Notes: generated by a model not told the origin, from the sequence alone. DNA of 64,000 nt from Chthonomonadales bacterium (GCA_027459625.1 DAIDHP010000008.1:38862-102861), one strand, 5' to 3'; counted from the first letter of the stretch, positions 17,519-28,250 are shown. Program-made: numbers and translations.

Positions 17519-19797
17519 GAGAGGTCTCTTTTTTCACTCTCTTGGCCGCGGTTTTTATAATCATCCCTCATTCCTGTGTCGCTCAAATCACAGAGGTGAA
17601 TTCCGTCATCCCTACCCCGCCAATCCCCTCCCCCGGTGTGTTCGAAAATACCCGCCAATCCACTCCGAACATAGCGAAGATCACTTACGAAAGCGCTGAA
17701 TTTAAAGGGAGTCAGGTAAAAGCGACCAATGTGACCGTTGAGATCGGCGAATACTCCCTCACTGGAGGAAAACTAGTCGGGGACTTTAATAACGAATTGA
17801 TTTTTTCGGATAACCCCGTGCTGACCTATAAAGGGCAAACATTTCATGGGAAGGATATTCACTTCTTTCCTAAAAACAACGCATGGTTTATTGATGACCC
17901 CAAAACCGCTCTTAGTCCGGAATTCCTTAAAGGCAGGCTTACTTCCCCGCTATACATCTATGGCAAGGATATCAAGGGGCGATCTGAAAACGAGGTGATA
18001 GGAACCAACATTCTCACCACCACATGCGACAAGAAAAAGGAGGATTACTATTTCCTCTCGAAGAAAATAGATGTTACCCCTGGCAAGCAAATCATTCTGC
18101 GTCATTCCGAATTCGTGCTGTGGGGGCATCATCTCATCGACATTCCCACACTCATCATCCCTCTGGATACGAAACCGAAAAAATTCAGCATCTCACATCC
18201 TCCAATGGTTGGTGAGTCCGCGGATGAAGGATTTTTCGCGAAATCATCGATGAACTACCTGCTATCCAAGAACGCTCCCGGATTATTAAAACTTGATTTG
18301 ATGTCAAAGAAGGGGATTGGGATTGGGATCGAACAGGATTGGAAGCTGGCGCGAATCATTGGAATCGCTGCGCTATACGCAATACCCACAAGCGGATTGG
18401 GGAAAAATATCACAGGTGAGATACATAACACATATAACATGGGAGGCGGGCAATCCTTGCAGTTCAGCACGGATTTCCAAAAACAAAGCTATCTCGCGCT
18501 CCCTGAAACAACTGCGTTCCAATCCCGACTAGGATATATTCTACAAGCCACGCACGATAATATCTCCATGAATGTCTCGCGCAATCAGAACAGTTCAAGC
18601 GGTTTCACTTCCACGTCAACAAACGCAAATCTGTCTCAATCCTATCAAAATTCGGGATTGCAGGTGAATTTCAACACCGATTACTCTCTCAACCAATCCT
18701 CGTCAAGCAATTTCTCGGTGAATACAGAGCAGATCAATACGAAGTTGGATATCAACCAACAGGCGACCAACTACGTACTCGGTTTGGCGGCGAACAAGAC
18801 GTTTTCATCAGGTGGTGAAATGGGAGGGGTTGAAAAACTTCCCGAAATGAATTTAACAAACTACCGGTTCCTCCATGGCGATCTATCGAAATTACCCTTG
18901 CTTATCAATCTGTCGGCGGGTAGGTATACGGAAGGTGTTTCGCTTTATCCGGTGGTTAACTCCATGACCAGTGACAGGGTTATGTTTGGAGCTGACTTGA
19001 ATAACCTGCAATACTCACTTGGTCATTCGACGGATATCAATTTCAGCGAAGGATTTGAACAATATCTTTATGGCGAGGGGGCGGCTCAATACAGCCTTAG
19101 AAATAACATTACCCTAACGCAACGCTGGGGCAGATATTCAGGGCTTCATATCATCTATGCATATCTAAAAAGCGAAGGGGGCACTCCGTTTCAATTTGAC
19201 AGGATTGGTCAGTACCATACGTTGAATGCGGATGTAGGATTCTTGGATGACCGACATGTACAGTTAAGCTTGCAAACAGGATACGATCTCTCTCAAACCT
19301 CGTACGGCGGAATTCCTCCGCAACCATGGCAAACGGTGTCGGGAAATCTGCTTCTGCGCCCCGTGCCATGGATGCGCCTGCAAAATCAAGCCACATTCGA
19401 CCCGAACACCGGTGATTTTCAAACATTGAATGACGATTTGGACTTGAAATCTAACCGGTTTGGTGAATTCGACCTCACAACCCAGTACGACCCCCGGCAA
19501 CATGTCATTGGCGCGATGAACAGTTCATTCAACGTCCACATTGGAAAGGATTGGAAAATTGCCGGCTTAATTCAATACAACGGTTATTTGGGACGTTTCG
19601 AAAGCCGAAACCTGCAGATTATCAAAGACCTGCATTGCCTTGAGGCATCCCTGACCTATTCTGACAATCCATTCGGTTTCCGAAATGACCAGCAGATATA
19701 TTTCACATTGAGAATTAAGGCATTCCCGTTCTTCCGCACATTTGGCACCGGTCAATTCGGACAGGCAATCAATACGAGCATGGGGAAATTCTATTGA
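17515..19797 (+). CDS. LptD (OstA)-like outer-membrane LPS-assembly protein, putative
   Basis: Start at Met44 (MREVSFFTLLAAVFIIIPHSCVAQ signal peptide), overlapping the lptF/G stop (ATGA). OstA-like N-domain. LTTTCDKKKEDYYFLSKKIDV...LWGHHLIDIPTLIIPL resembles the LptD 'TTC...W.i.a..i...P' block. Long beta-rich C-terminus ending in an aromatic residue. Confidence 0.55.
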   Translation: MREVSFFTLLAAVFIIIPHSCVAQITEVNSVIPTPPIPSPGVFENTRQSTPNIAKITYESAEFKGSQVKATNVTVEIGEYSLTGGKLVGDFNNELIFSDNPVLTYKGQTFHGKDIHFFPKNNAWFIDDPKTALSPEFLKGRLTSPLYIYGKDIKGRSENEVIGTNILTTTCDKKKEDYYFLSKKIDVTPGKQIILRHSEFVLWGHHLIDIPTLIIPLDTKPKKFSISHPPMVGESADEGFFAKSSMNYLLSKNAPGLLKLDLMSKKGIGIGIEQDWKLARIIGIAALYAIPTSGLGKNITGEIHNTYNMGGGQSLQFSTDFQKQSYLALPETTAFQSRLGYILQATHDNISMNVSRNQNSSSGFTSTSTNANLSQSYQNSGLQVNFNTDYSLNQSSSSNFSVNTEQINTKLDINQQATNYVLGLAANKTFSSGGEMGGVEKLPEMNLTNYRFLHGDLSKLPLLINLSAGRYTEGVSLYPVVNSMTSDRVMFGADLNNLQYSLGHSTDINFSEGFEQYLYGEGAAQYSLRNNITLTQRWGRYSGLHIIYAYLKSEGGTPFQFDRIGQYHTLNADVGFLDDRHVQLSLQTGYDLSQTSYGGIPPQPWQTVSGNLLLRPVPWMRLQNQATFDPNTGDFQTLNDDLDLKSNRFGEFDLTTQYDPRQHVIGAMNSSFNVHIGKDWKIAGLIQYNGYLGRFESRNLQIIKDLHCLEASLTYSDNPFGFRNDQQIYFTLRIKAFPFFRTFGTGQFGQAINTSMGKFY

Positions 19798-19853
19798 TGT
19801 CCCAATTTATGCGTGAAATTATTGGAACCTGACAGGATTACATATATCTAAAA

Positions 19854-20711
19854 TCAAGCGCGAGGATTTGCTACTGTTTCAGCAACTCTGCGGAGGATAT
19901 CGCCTCTCCATTCCGCCGCTCCGACCTTCCAATCCCCTTTCCCCAGGAATAGGGAGAGTTGATACTTCAGGATAGACGGATCGCCAGTTGTAAGAAAAAG
20001 AAGGCGCCCCTCGTTATATCTTACGGCAGCAGGATCTCTCAGGACGGTTAACTGGGCTCTCACCGATTCCGCAGGGTCGAAAATCACAGGCGTGGAAGAG
20101 AATAGATCGCGAGCCACTTTTTCAATAGCCGGAAGAAGGAAGGGATAGTGTGTGCACCCCAATATTATCGCTTCGCATCTTTTTCGGGCAAGGGGATGAA
20201 GGTACTCCGCCACGATACTTTCGACTTCGCGCCCTTCCAAAACGCCTGACTCCACCAGTGGGACAAATGCCGGACATGCCACTTGGTAAATATCAAGAGA
20301 GGGCTTATTAGCTGTAATTATTTTGGGATATGCTTCGCTCAACACCGTTCCATGGGTGGCGAGCACCCCAATTCTTTGTAATCCGGAGTTTGCAACCTTG
20401 GCGGAAACTCCGTCAATCATACCGACGACGGGTTTCTTCGTAAACTCCTTTTGGACGATGGACAAAGCCGTGGCTGAGGAGACATTGCATGCCATCACAA
20501 TGGCGTCGCATGAGTTCGCGGAAAGAAACCGGCTAATGCCTGTGGCGAATAGACGTATCTCTTCCAATGGTCTTCCGCCATACGGCACATGAAATTGATC
20601 CGCCAAATACAAAATGCTTTGAGAAGGATCATATCTAAGTAGTTCGCGTACAACGCTGAGCCCCCCAACCCCCGAATCGAAAACTCCCGCATCGTATCGC
20701 TCTATTATCAC
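19854..20711 (-). CDS. murI: Glutamate racemase
   Basis: GVFDSGVGGLSV, MACNVSSA, ILGCTHYPFL motifs. Confidence 0.9.
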   Translation of the reverse strand: MIIERYDAGVFDSGVGGLSVVRELLRYDPSQSILYLADQFHVPYGGRPLEEIRLFATGISRFLSANSCDAIVMACNVSSATALSIVQKEFTKKPVVGMIDGVSAKVANSGLQRIGVLATHGTVLSEAYPKIITANKPSLDIYQVACPAFVPLVESGVLEGREVESIVAEYLHPLARKRCEAIILGCTHYPFLLPAIEKVARDLFSSTPVIFDPAESVRAQLTVLRDPAAVRYNEGRLLFLTTGDPSILKYQLSLFLGKGDWKVGAAEWRGDILRRVAETVANPRA

Positions 20712-21211
20712 TGAGCATCCTCGCTTGAATTGGATACGCCTCGAACCGGTATGTCCGTCCAGTCGCCGTTATGCTCCCCATGATACACTTGCCCGTCCAC
20801 CAAAACGCTCATTTTTACGATGCCTGGATACTTTGACAGCGCATTAAGAAGGGCGTTTTGAGCCATCGACTCACCGGTATCTCCGATTTCACTCACCTGC
20901 ATAAACTCCTTTGAAAAGTTCAAGGAAATCTCCCCATCCTCCACATTAAGGCTGTTTAATTTCGCACCGTTAAAAAGCTCAGGATGGGATTGGATGACGG
21001 AATCAATTGAAGCCAAAAGTTGCGCTTGAAGGTTGGAGTTCGTTTGGATGGGCGCTGAATTCCCTTGCAATCCGGTAACATTGGGGGTATGTCGAATAAT
21101 TCGTGGCGGCATCGGAATGGAATTGTGATAGCTACCACGAACCGCGAAAACATAGCCTGTGGCAACCACAGCAATGCATAACAGCGGTAATATCAACACT
21201 TTCCATTTCAT
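20708..21211 (-). CDS. GerMN domain-containing exported protein
   Basis: Signal/anchor peptide followed by a single GerMN-like domain (ISLNFSKEF...GESMAQNALLNALSKYPGIVKMSVLVDGQ). 4-nt overlaps with both neighbours. Confidence 0.7.
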   Translation of the reverse strand: MKWKVLILPLLCIAVVATGYVFAVRGSYHNSIPMPPRIIRHTPNVTGLQGNSAPIQTNSNLQAQLLASIDSVIQSHPELFNGAKLNSLNVEDGEISLNFSKEFMQVSEIGDTGESMAQNALLNALSKYPGIVKMSVLVDGQVYHGEHNGDWTDIPVRGVSNSSEDAQ

Positions 21212-22758
21212 TTGGCGGTATCCTTGAGAGTAACGTCATTGTCTGCGACGTCGGAAGCGCCTGACGGGGTGGTGTGCAACGGTCCCTCCACGTAATTCCG
21301 GATGCCATCGCAAATCGCCTGAGCCACAATCGTCTGCACTTTCGGATTTAATAACTTCGTCCTATCCTTCGGATTATTAATATACCCTACTTCCACCAAC
21401 ACTGCGGGAACCACGCTTTTCCGTAATACTGCGAGACCCGTATGATAGAGAATGCTGTCTGATAACGCCCCCCGCTCAGGCAATCCGCTAACTTTGGCGA
21501 CTGAGTTTGCGATGCTTATGGCCAAAGCGCGGCTGCTGGCGTCATTCATATGATAGTATACGCTTGTTCCCGATGCATGATCATTCCCAGGGCAATCATC
21601 GATATGTATGCTTACAAACAGGTCTGCGTTATACTTGCTTTCCAGCGCCGGGCGTTCATACAAACCTACGTAGGTATCCGTCGTGCGCGTCATCCATGTC
21701 GTGGCGTCGTCATTGATCAGGTCTTGATTGAGGAGTTTCGCAATCTGAAGAGTTAGAGTTTTTTCGTCAATGCTGTGACCGGCTACGAACGCATGGCATC
21801 CCGTGTCGATTCCTCCATGCCCCGGGTCAACAATAATCCGAAGCTGATTCATTGGTATGCCCGAACGGCGCGGACTAAACAGGTTGACTATAATGTTATT
21901 ATTCGCGTCCCTGTATTCGCCATACGCCACAGTCTGCTTCAATTGAACCTGTAATTGGGCGGTGTCGGAATTCGGCAATGATGAGAAGCTCATCGATGTA
22001 GCGAAAGGATGATCTATAGTCCATTGATTTGTGGATGTTTGGGCTATGGATTTCGGGATATTGATTTCAAGCGAGTTCATGTCCGGCGAGAAAATCACTT
22101 TTGGCAAGGGCACAGGGCGATTCATACTGATAATAATTTGCGCATGATGGGAGTCGTTTGTCACCCATTGAACGTTCTGAATGATGGAATCCCCTGGCGG
22201 CACGATAGGGGGAGCCATCGTCTCGCCGGTGGTGGCTACGGGAGGCGCCGTATTCGTCCCGCTAGTGTTTGCAGGGGATTTAGGTGGTGAGGGAGACCCG
22301 ATCGAGTATGAGCCGGAAACGGATCCTTGCACATTCATTGGTGATTGGGTATTCACATTGGCGCCTGTGGGATTGAACAAGGTGACCGTGCAAACGTTAT
22401 TGGCTACCGAATATGTGGCGTGGATGTATTTGGCTAACGCGGACATGGGAACCATAAATTCTCTGGTCGGCTTCGCCAAAGGTATGTCAGCTTGGCTTTT
22501 ATCGGGAAGGTTGATTGTAATGGAATCATCTCCCTTGTTGATGTGAAAATCCACTTGAAAGAATTTCAGGGAATCCAAAGGAAGAAAAAGATCGCTGCCG
22601 TCCCATAAAACGGATTGTGACGTATTCACTTCCACACCCTGGACAAGGCATTCAACAGGGTGGATGGAATCCGCAGCAAGAGCGGCAGTCCAAACCAACA
22701 TCAAAACAACAACCAGGATAAAAACAAAACTATCCCTTGATTTTTTGCGTATCCTCAC
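21208..22758 (-). CDS. N-acetylmuramoyl-L-alanine amidase (Amidase_3) with N-terminal stalk-like and AMIN-like domains
   Basis: IIVDPGHGGIDTG, FVSIHID, VLVEVGYINNPKD catalytic blocks. Pro/Ser-rich linker. GTG start. Confidence 0.85.
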   Translation of the reverse strand: MRIRKKSRDSFVFILVVVLMLVWTAALAADSIHPVECLVQGVEVNTSQSVLWDGSDLFLPLDSLKFFQVDFHINKGDDSITINLPDKSQADIPLAKPTREFMVPMSALAKYIHATYSVANNVCTVTLFNPTGANVNTQSPMNVQGSVSGSYSIGSPSPPKSPANTSGTNTAPPVATTGETMAPPIVPPGDSIIQNVQWVTNDSHHAQIIISMNRPVPLPKVIFSPDMNSLEINIPKSIAQTSTNQWTIDHPFATSMSFSSLPNSDTAQLQVQLKQTVAYGEYRDANNNIIVNLFSPRRSGIPMNQLRIIVDPGHGGIDTGCHAFVAGHSIDEKTLTLQIAKLLNQDLINDDATTWMTRTTDTYVGLYERPALESKYNADLFVSIHIDDCPGNDHASGTSVYYHMNDASSRALAISIANSVAKVSGLPERGALSDSILYHTGLAVLRKSVVPAVLVEVGYINNPKDRTKLLNPKVQTIVAQAICDGIRNYVEGPLHTTPSGASDVADNDVTLKDTAK

Positions 22759-23304
22759 TTTGGCGCATCCAACCTCGGAATTTTAACACGTGATCGCTGA
22801 CATGAGAGTTTTAACGATCTTGATAACGTAAAATTCAAATATCAAAAGAGAGGCGATTGGTACAAATCTGGTGTTGTAAAGCACATTTCAGACGGAGGTG
22901 ACATCCGGCAAAGTGAATTTTGCAATCGTCCCCATGGCTAACAACTTGTCACCCGTTGTATTACATCTGCAAAAAGTTAAATTCACAATCACCTGACACT
23001 TTCAGTATATCGGTAATTCTCGGATTTGTCCACATCATATCCCGTCGGGATGTTGGAATATTCATTTTCAAAGTGTAATATATATGATGGCGTTAACAAG
23101 AATAAACCATAGCGTCAAATCTCGGTAGGGGAATTTGCCATATTTGCGAATTCGGTTTATTCTTACGCCGGCAAACCGGGCATGTAAAGTATATTACGCA
23201 AACCTGTTCTTATTACGTATTTGCGAGTGAAATATAACCCCGTTTTTTCTTGTCGGCTTCTACATCAATGATGGTCTGGTGGATTATAGGAGGAATAATT
23301 AGCA

Positions 23305-24555
23305 TTGAAACGACTATTCTTTACACTGGGGGCTCTGCTGCTGCTTATGGGTTCGCGATCCAACGCGGCTCCATTCGCCATTAAGAACGGTGACACCATT
23401 GTCTTTTACGGTGATAGCATAACAGCGCAACGACTTTACACGGTATTTACGGAAGCGTATATTGTCACACGCTTTCCGCATTTGAACGTCCGTTTTGTCC
23501 ATTCGGGATGGGGCGGAGACACGGTTTACGGAGGAGCTGGCGGACCGATTGATCTGCGATTGGACAGGGACGTCATAGCTTACAAGCCCACCGTCATGAC
23601 GATTATGCTTGGAATGAATGATGCCGGTTACCGTCCGTTTGATCAAAATCTGTATGATCGGTATAAAGCGGGATACATTCATATTTTAGAAAAGATGAAA
23701 GCGGCGTTACCCGATCTTCGGTTTACACTTATTCAACCCTCCCCCTATGATGATATCACCCGAAATCCGAATTTCGACGGCGGATATAATCAGGTGCTTG
23801 TGAAATACGGTCAATTCGTGAAAAACCTGGCGATTCAGAACAAGGACGATTGCGTGGATTTCAACGCACCCATGGTGGCGATGCTCATCGAGGCAAATCA
23901 TCAGGATCCCACCTTGGCGCAAAAAATGATCCCCGACCGCGTTCACCCCAGCCCTGGCGGACATTTGGTCATGGCGGAGCAACTGATTAAGGAATGGAAA
24001 GGTCCATCGCTCGTGAGCAGCGTAACCATAAACGGTGCTAAGCACAAGGTCGTTGAGAAAAACAACACATCCATATCGAATCTCAAAGCGAATGCAAACA
24101 GCATTAGTTGGACGGAAGCCGATAACTGCCTCCCCATGCCTTATGACATGAAGGATCCTTTGGTGATGCTGGCAATTAACTCGTCTGATTTCATTCAGAA
24201 GCTTGATCGGGAAATCCTCAAGGTGACAAACGCTCCCGCTGAGAATTACGAGTTGAAGATTGACGGACAGGATATCGGATCTTTCACAAACAAACAATTG
24301 TCGAACGGTGTGAACCTCGCCAACTATTCAACCCCGATGATGCAACAGGCTATGGATGTGCTTGGTTTGACTTTCCAGCACAACAACATTCATGCCGATG
24401 AATGGTATTCGGTTGAGGTTCCAAACCAGAATAACGTAACCGATCAGATAAAGGAACAAGAGGCGAAGTTGAATCAGCAGGAGGCTGATATTATCGTCAA
24501 GCAGAGACAAGCCGCTATTCCCAAACCTCATCACTTCGAACTGGATGCGCAATAG
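23305..24555 (+). CDS. SGNH/GDSL-family hydrolase with a C-terminal beta-rich domain
   Basis: TTG start with AGGAGG RBS and a signal peptide. Blocks FYGDSIT, SGWGGD, GMND, DRVHP. Confidence 0.8.
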   Translation: MKRLFFTLGALLLLMGSRSNAAPFAIKNGDTIVFYGDSITAQRLYTVFTEAYIVTRFPHLNVRFVHSGWGGDTVYGGAGGPIDLRLDRDVIAYKPTVMTIMLGMNDAGYRPFDQNLYDRYKAGYIHILEKMKAALPDLRFTLIQPSPYDDITRNPNFDGGYNQVLVKYGQFVKNLAIQNKDDCVDFNAPMVAMLIEANHQDPTLAQKMIPDRVHPSPGGHLVMAEQLIKEWKGPSLVSSVTINGAKHKVVEKNNTSISNLKANANSISWTEADNCLPMPYDMKDPLVMLAINSSDFIQKLDREILKVTNAPAENYELKIDGQDIGSFTNKQLSNGVNLANYSTPMMQQAMDVLGLTFQHNNIHADEWYSVEVPNQNNVTDQIKEQEAKLNQQEADIIVKQRQAAIPKPHHFELDAQ

Positions 24556-25617
24556 ATGAATATGGGGTTCGGCGGAACATACGGAAAACAACATGTTGGG
24601 CGGCTTGTAATAACTAGCGGAGCTTTAACAATCGCTTTGGCGTTATTCTTTGCAGCGATACATACCTCGATAGCGAAGCCGAAATCGTCAAACGTCGAAC
24701 CCATGCCTCATGGGAATCCTATTGCAGGAACAAAACTACCGGTGTTCGTTCCATTTGATCTGTGGAATGGGCTGATTGCATTACGCGCGACCATAGGAAC
24801 GAACACCCCGCAAATCGCACTGCTCACTACATCCCTTCCGGTGAACTTGATTAATACAACCATTGCGGTTAACTTCAAAATACCATCCGTGGGTGAGACA
24901 AGCCTGCCGGTGATGGATCAGATCATCAAAGCTCCTTCCACAGGCACGCAGACTGTTCACATCGGAGATTTGACTGTCGAAAAGACTCCCTTTGCGATTT
25001 TTAATCTCATCGATTATCTCGAGGCGAAATCGAATACGGACACCCCCGGATTATGGCTAAGCCTCTCCACGCTTGGCGTAAATATGGTCACGATTGACCC
25101 TGTAGCCCATATGGTGATTTTCCACGCCCCCACCGATCCTCTCCCCGCACACGCAATGATCATTCCTTTCCAGTGGAAGGACGGAAGAATATGGGTGAAG
25201 GCAAATGTGGACGGAAAAAAGACCTTTGAAGCGGTGCTGGATTTGGGAACGACCGGCATTCTATTGCCTACGATTGCCGCCGCTCCGCTAAGGTTGAAAC
25301 CTTTGGAGATATCGGATGTTGTGGATACTTCGGGTCGTTCTTACCAAATGATTAGCGTTCAAATGAGCAAATTGGAGATCGGGAAGAGCAAGTTGGAAAA
25401 TTTACCGGCTTATTATGTTATAGGGGAAAAGAAGGGGGGATTTGATCCCAAGTTTGGTATCATCGGCGCGGACTATCTCCTCCATTTTCGCGCCACAATC
25501 GATTTCTCCAAGCATGAAATCGCATTGGAACCGTATGGTTTGGGCAACGCTCCTCAAGCCCCCGCAACTTCACCCCAACCACAAAAACGAGATTTTCCAC
25601 ACCATCCTTCCAAATAA
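24556..25617 (+). CDS. Membrane-anchored hypothetical protein, possibly two retropepsin-like lobes with degenerate active-site motifs
   Basis: The ATG directly abuts the SGNH stop. An N-terminal TM anchor, then two similar halves (IALLTTSLPVNLI / AVLDLGTTGILLP; GVNMVTIDPVAHMVIF / GADYLLHFRATIDFSKHEIAL). The fold assignment is tentative. Confidence 0.4.
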   Translation: MNMGFGGTYGKQHVGRLVITSGALTIALALFFAAIHTSIAKPKSSNVEPMPHGNPIAGTKLPVFVPFDLWNGLIALRATIGTNTPQIALLTTSLPVNLINTTIAVNFKIPSVGETSLPVMDQIIKAPSTGTQTVHIGDLTVEKTPFAIFNLIDYLEAKSNTDTPGLWLSLSTLGVNMVTIDPVAHMVIFHAPTDPLPAHAMIIPFQWKDGRIWVKANVDGKKTFEAVLDLGTTGILLPTIAAAPLRLKPLEISDVVDTSGRSYQMISVQMSKLEIGKSKLENLPAYYVIGEKKGGFDPKFGIIGADYLLHFRATIDFSKHEIALEPYGLGNAPQAPATSPQPQKRDFPHHPSK

Positions 25618-25646
25618 TCTATCAGAACACCCCTCCATATCTTCTC

Positions 25647-28250
25647 TCATGTCTTCGGATCCAAAATCGTCTCCATAGTTTTTACAAACTCATCCGCCAA
25701 GTACGGTTTTTGCAATATCACCTCACCGGAATCCGCAAAGCCTTCACCCTCCAAAGCACTATCGCTATAGCCGGAGATATACATTACTGGCAGTTTCGGG
25801 GCAAATTCAAGAACTCGTTTTGCCAACTCCTTGCCGTTCATTTCAGGCATGATGATATCCGTGATAAGCATCGTAAGACGATCGGCGTTATCAAATGCGA
25901 TGTTTAACGCCTCACGAGGACTTCGGGTTGTCATAACTTCAAAGCCATTGTTGATAAGGATATTGCGAGAAATATCCAACACCTGCTCGTCATCCTCCAC
26001 TAAAAGGATCAAAGACGCCTTACCTTGAGGCTTTTCGTTTTCCATTTTACGGATTTCCGGAGGTGTTTCATGAATAGCCGGTAAGAGAATGCTGAATACC
26101 GATCCCTTGCCTATTTCGCTGCGCACACGAATGGCTCCATGGTTTTGGCGGATGATTCCATAACAGGATGCCAACCCCATACCTGTCCCCTTACCCTGTT
26201 CCTTGGTGGTGTAGAATGGTTCGAATATGCGAGAGATCATATCCTCGCTCATACCCACACCGTTATCCATCACGCTCAACTCCACGTATTCACCCTGAGT
26301 CATGTCGGCAAATTCGCTTTTCTCCTCATTTGAGAGGAATTTATTTCGAGTGTGTATGACAAGCTTACCGCCGCCCGGCATTGCGTCACGTCCGTTCGCA
26401 GCCAAGTTAAAGATAACCTGTTCGATCTGACCGGGGTCAACTTTCACCTGCCATAGGTTCTCCTGAGGATTGACTTCGAGAACGACATCCTCCCCCAATA
26501 AACGCTGAAGAAACTCCTGAATATCCGCAATCAGAGCGTTCACATCCACCACGCGCGGAGCGATCATCTGCCTGCGGGCGAACGCCAAAAGCTGTCGTGT
26601 TAAATCCGCTGCGCGAAACGCGGCCTTTTTAATCTGTTGCACCGCATGGAGAATGGTAAGCTCCTTGATTTCATCCTCCATCATGTCAGCGTAACCAATA
26701 ATAACAGTGAGTAGGTTGTTGAAGTCATGAGCGATCCCGCCCGCGAGTTTGCCAATGCTCTCGAGCTTTTGAGTTTGAGCTAATTGATCCTCCAAACGAC
26801 GCTTCTCGGTGATGTCATGCATTATGGCGTAGATCATCTCCCTCTTGTTAAGGGTGACCGCTCCGCAATAGATCTCCACTTCTCGAATTTCACCATTCGC
26901 AAGTCGAAACTTGGTCACATTGAAGTTGCCTGTTTTACTGTTAATATCGCTAGTTAGCGGCGAGATGTCCTGTTCAGCGCCCTCCAATAAATTCGTAAAT
27001 CGCATTCCGACAAGGTCTTCATTGGAAGGGCCGTAAAACCTCATGGCGGCAGGATTGGCATCCACAATTTCATATGTGTGCGCGTCAAGGAGAAGCATCA
27101 CGGCGGGGTGATCGCGAAACATGCTGCGATATCTATGCTCGCTCGATTCCAACTCCTTTAAAGCGTAACTTCGTTCGTCTTCCATTTTCTGGAGGGAGTA
27201 AGCCATATCGTCAAGGGAGTTTGCAAGCACATCTAGTTCCCCGGCACCCTTGGGAATACCTGTGCGAACTGAAAAATCCCCTGTCGCCAAAACGGCAGTG
27301 GTTCGAACCATACGCCTCACCTGCCCCATTACCAGCCAATCCCCTATCCACCATGCGATGATCACCGCACATAAAGCCCCGATGATCCATAAGAACATCC
27401 CTTGTACCATCAGTCGATGTTCGGCAGCAAAAGCGAGTTGCACGGGGATGGAGGTGATAAGGTAAGCATCCCCCATTGATCTCACACCATATATCGGTTC
27501 CCAGGCGTAGAGCTTTCGAACTCCGTCCAAGCCTACGTCGGTGTATGTGGCGGAAGGTTTAATAATGCCGATGATTCTCCGCACGGCGGGAGAGGCGATT
27601 TGTCCGACTTGCACGCCTCCGGGATTTCGAGCTAGCAACACTCCGTTGCGGTCTATGATGGAGATAGTGGCGCCCGGTACGGTTCGTGCACTTTGAACCA
27701 ATTTATCAAGCCATTTCAGGGAAATCCCAGCAAAGATGATGCGCTTAATCTTATCGTTTTTGCCTAGGATTGGGTAGGCAACATCAATAGCAGGTTCATT
27801 TACAATTCTTCCAATCTGAAAATTGCCGATGGAGAAATCTTGCGTTTTGAGAACTTGTTTAAAATAGGATCGATCGGCTACGTTGACGGGTTTTTTAAGT
27901 GGAATGCTTGAAAATATAACGTCGCCTTTCAGATTGGCGACGGCGATAACAGTGTAATCCGGGTAGGCGTGATGCAATTTTTCAGCCAATGCGTTCGCAG
28001 CGAACGCATCGTTTCGCTGCATTTCAGGAAGCCTGGAGATGGCGATCAATAGTTGCCTGGCGCCTTCAATGTATCTTTCCAATTCCGTTGCGGCGATGTT
28101 GGACATCAATCTGGCGCGAGTTTGCGACGTCTGCTCGGAAAGTTTTCTCTCCTGCAGACTTGCTGTGTAAATGGTCACCAAGGCGGGTAACACAGCCAAG
28201 ATTGTAATGGCCATGAGCCTCACCCTTAAGGATCGCCATGATAATTTCAT
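25647..28250 (-). CDS. Hybrid sensor histidine kinase (Cache-like periplasmic domain, HAMP, PAS, HisKA, HATPase_c, REC)
   Basis: H-box GIAHDFNNLL, N-box FNLAANGRDAM, G-boxes DNGVGM / GKGTGMGLA, receiver LLVEDDEQV...ITDIIMPEMNG. Confidence 0.9.
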   Translation of the reverse strand: MKLSWRSLRVRLMAITILAVLPALVTIYTASLQERKLSEQTSQTRARLMSNIAATELERYIEGARQLLIAISRLPEMQRNDAFAANALAEKLHHAYPDYTVIAVANLKGDVIFSSIPLKKPVNVADRSYFKQVLKTQDFSIGNFQIGRIVNEPAIDVAYPILGKNDKIKRIIFAGISLKWLDKLVQSARTVPGATISIIDRNGVLLARNPGGVQVGQIASPAVRRIIGIIKPSATYTDVGLDGVRKLYAWEPIYGVRSMGDAYLITSIPVQLAFAAEHRLMVQGMFLWIIGALCAVIIAWWIGDWLVMGQVRRMVRTTAVLATGDFSVRTGIPKGAGELDVLANSLDDMAYSLQKMEDERSYALKELESSEHRYRSMFRDHPAVMLLLDAHTYEIVDANPAAMRFYGPSNEDLVGMRFTNLLEGAEQDISPLTSDINSKTGNFNVTKFRLANGEIREVEIYCGAVTLNKREMIYAIMHDITEKRRLEDQLAQTQKLESIGKLAGGIAHDFNNLLTVIIGYADMMEDEIKELTILHAVQQIKKAAFRAADLTRQLLAFARRQMIAPRVVDVNALIADIQEFLQRLLGEDVVLEVNPQENLWQVKVDPGQIEQVIFNLAANGRDAMPGGGKLVIHTRNKFLSNEEKSEFADMTQGEYVELSVMDNGVGMSEDMISRIFEPFYTTKEQGKGTGMGLASCYGIIRQNHGAIRVRSEIGKGSVFSILLPAIHETPPEIRKMENEKPQGKASLILLVEDDEQVLDISRNILINNGFEVMTTRSPREALNIAFDNADRLTMLITDIIMPEMNGKELAKRVLEFAPKLPVMYISGYSDSALEGEGFADSGEVILQKPYLADEFVKTMETILDPKT

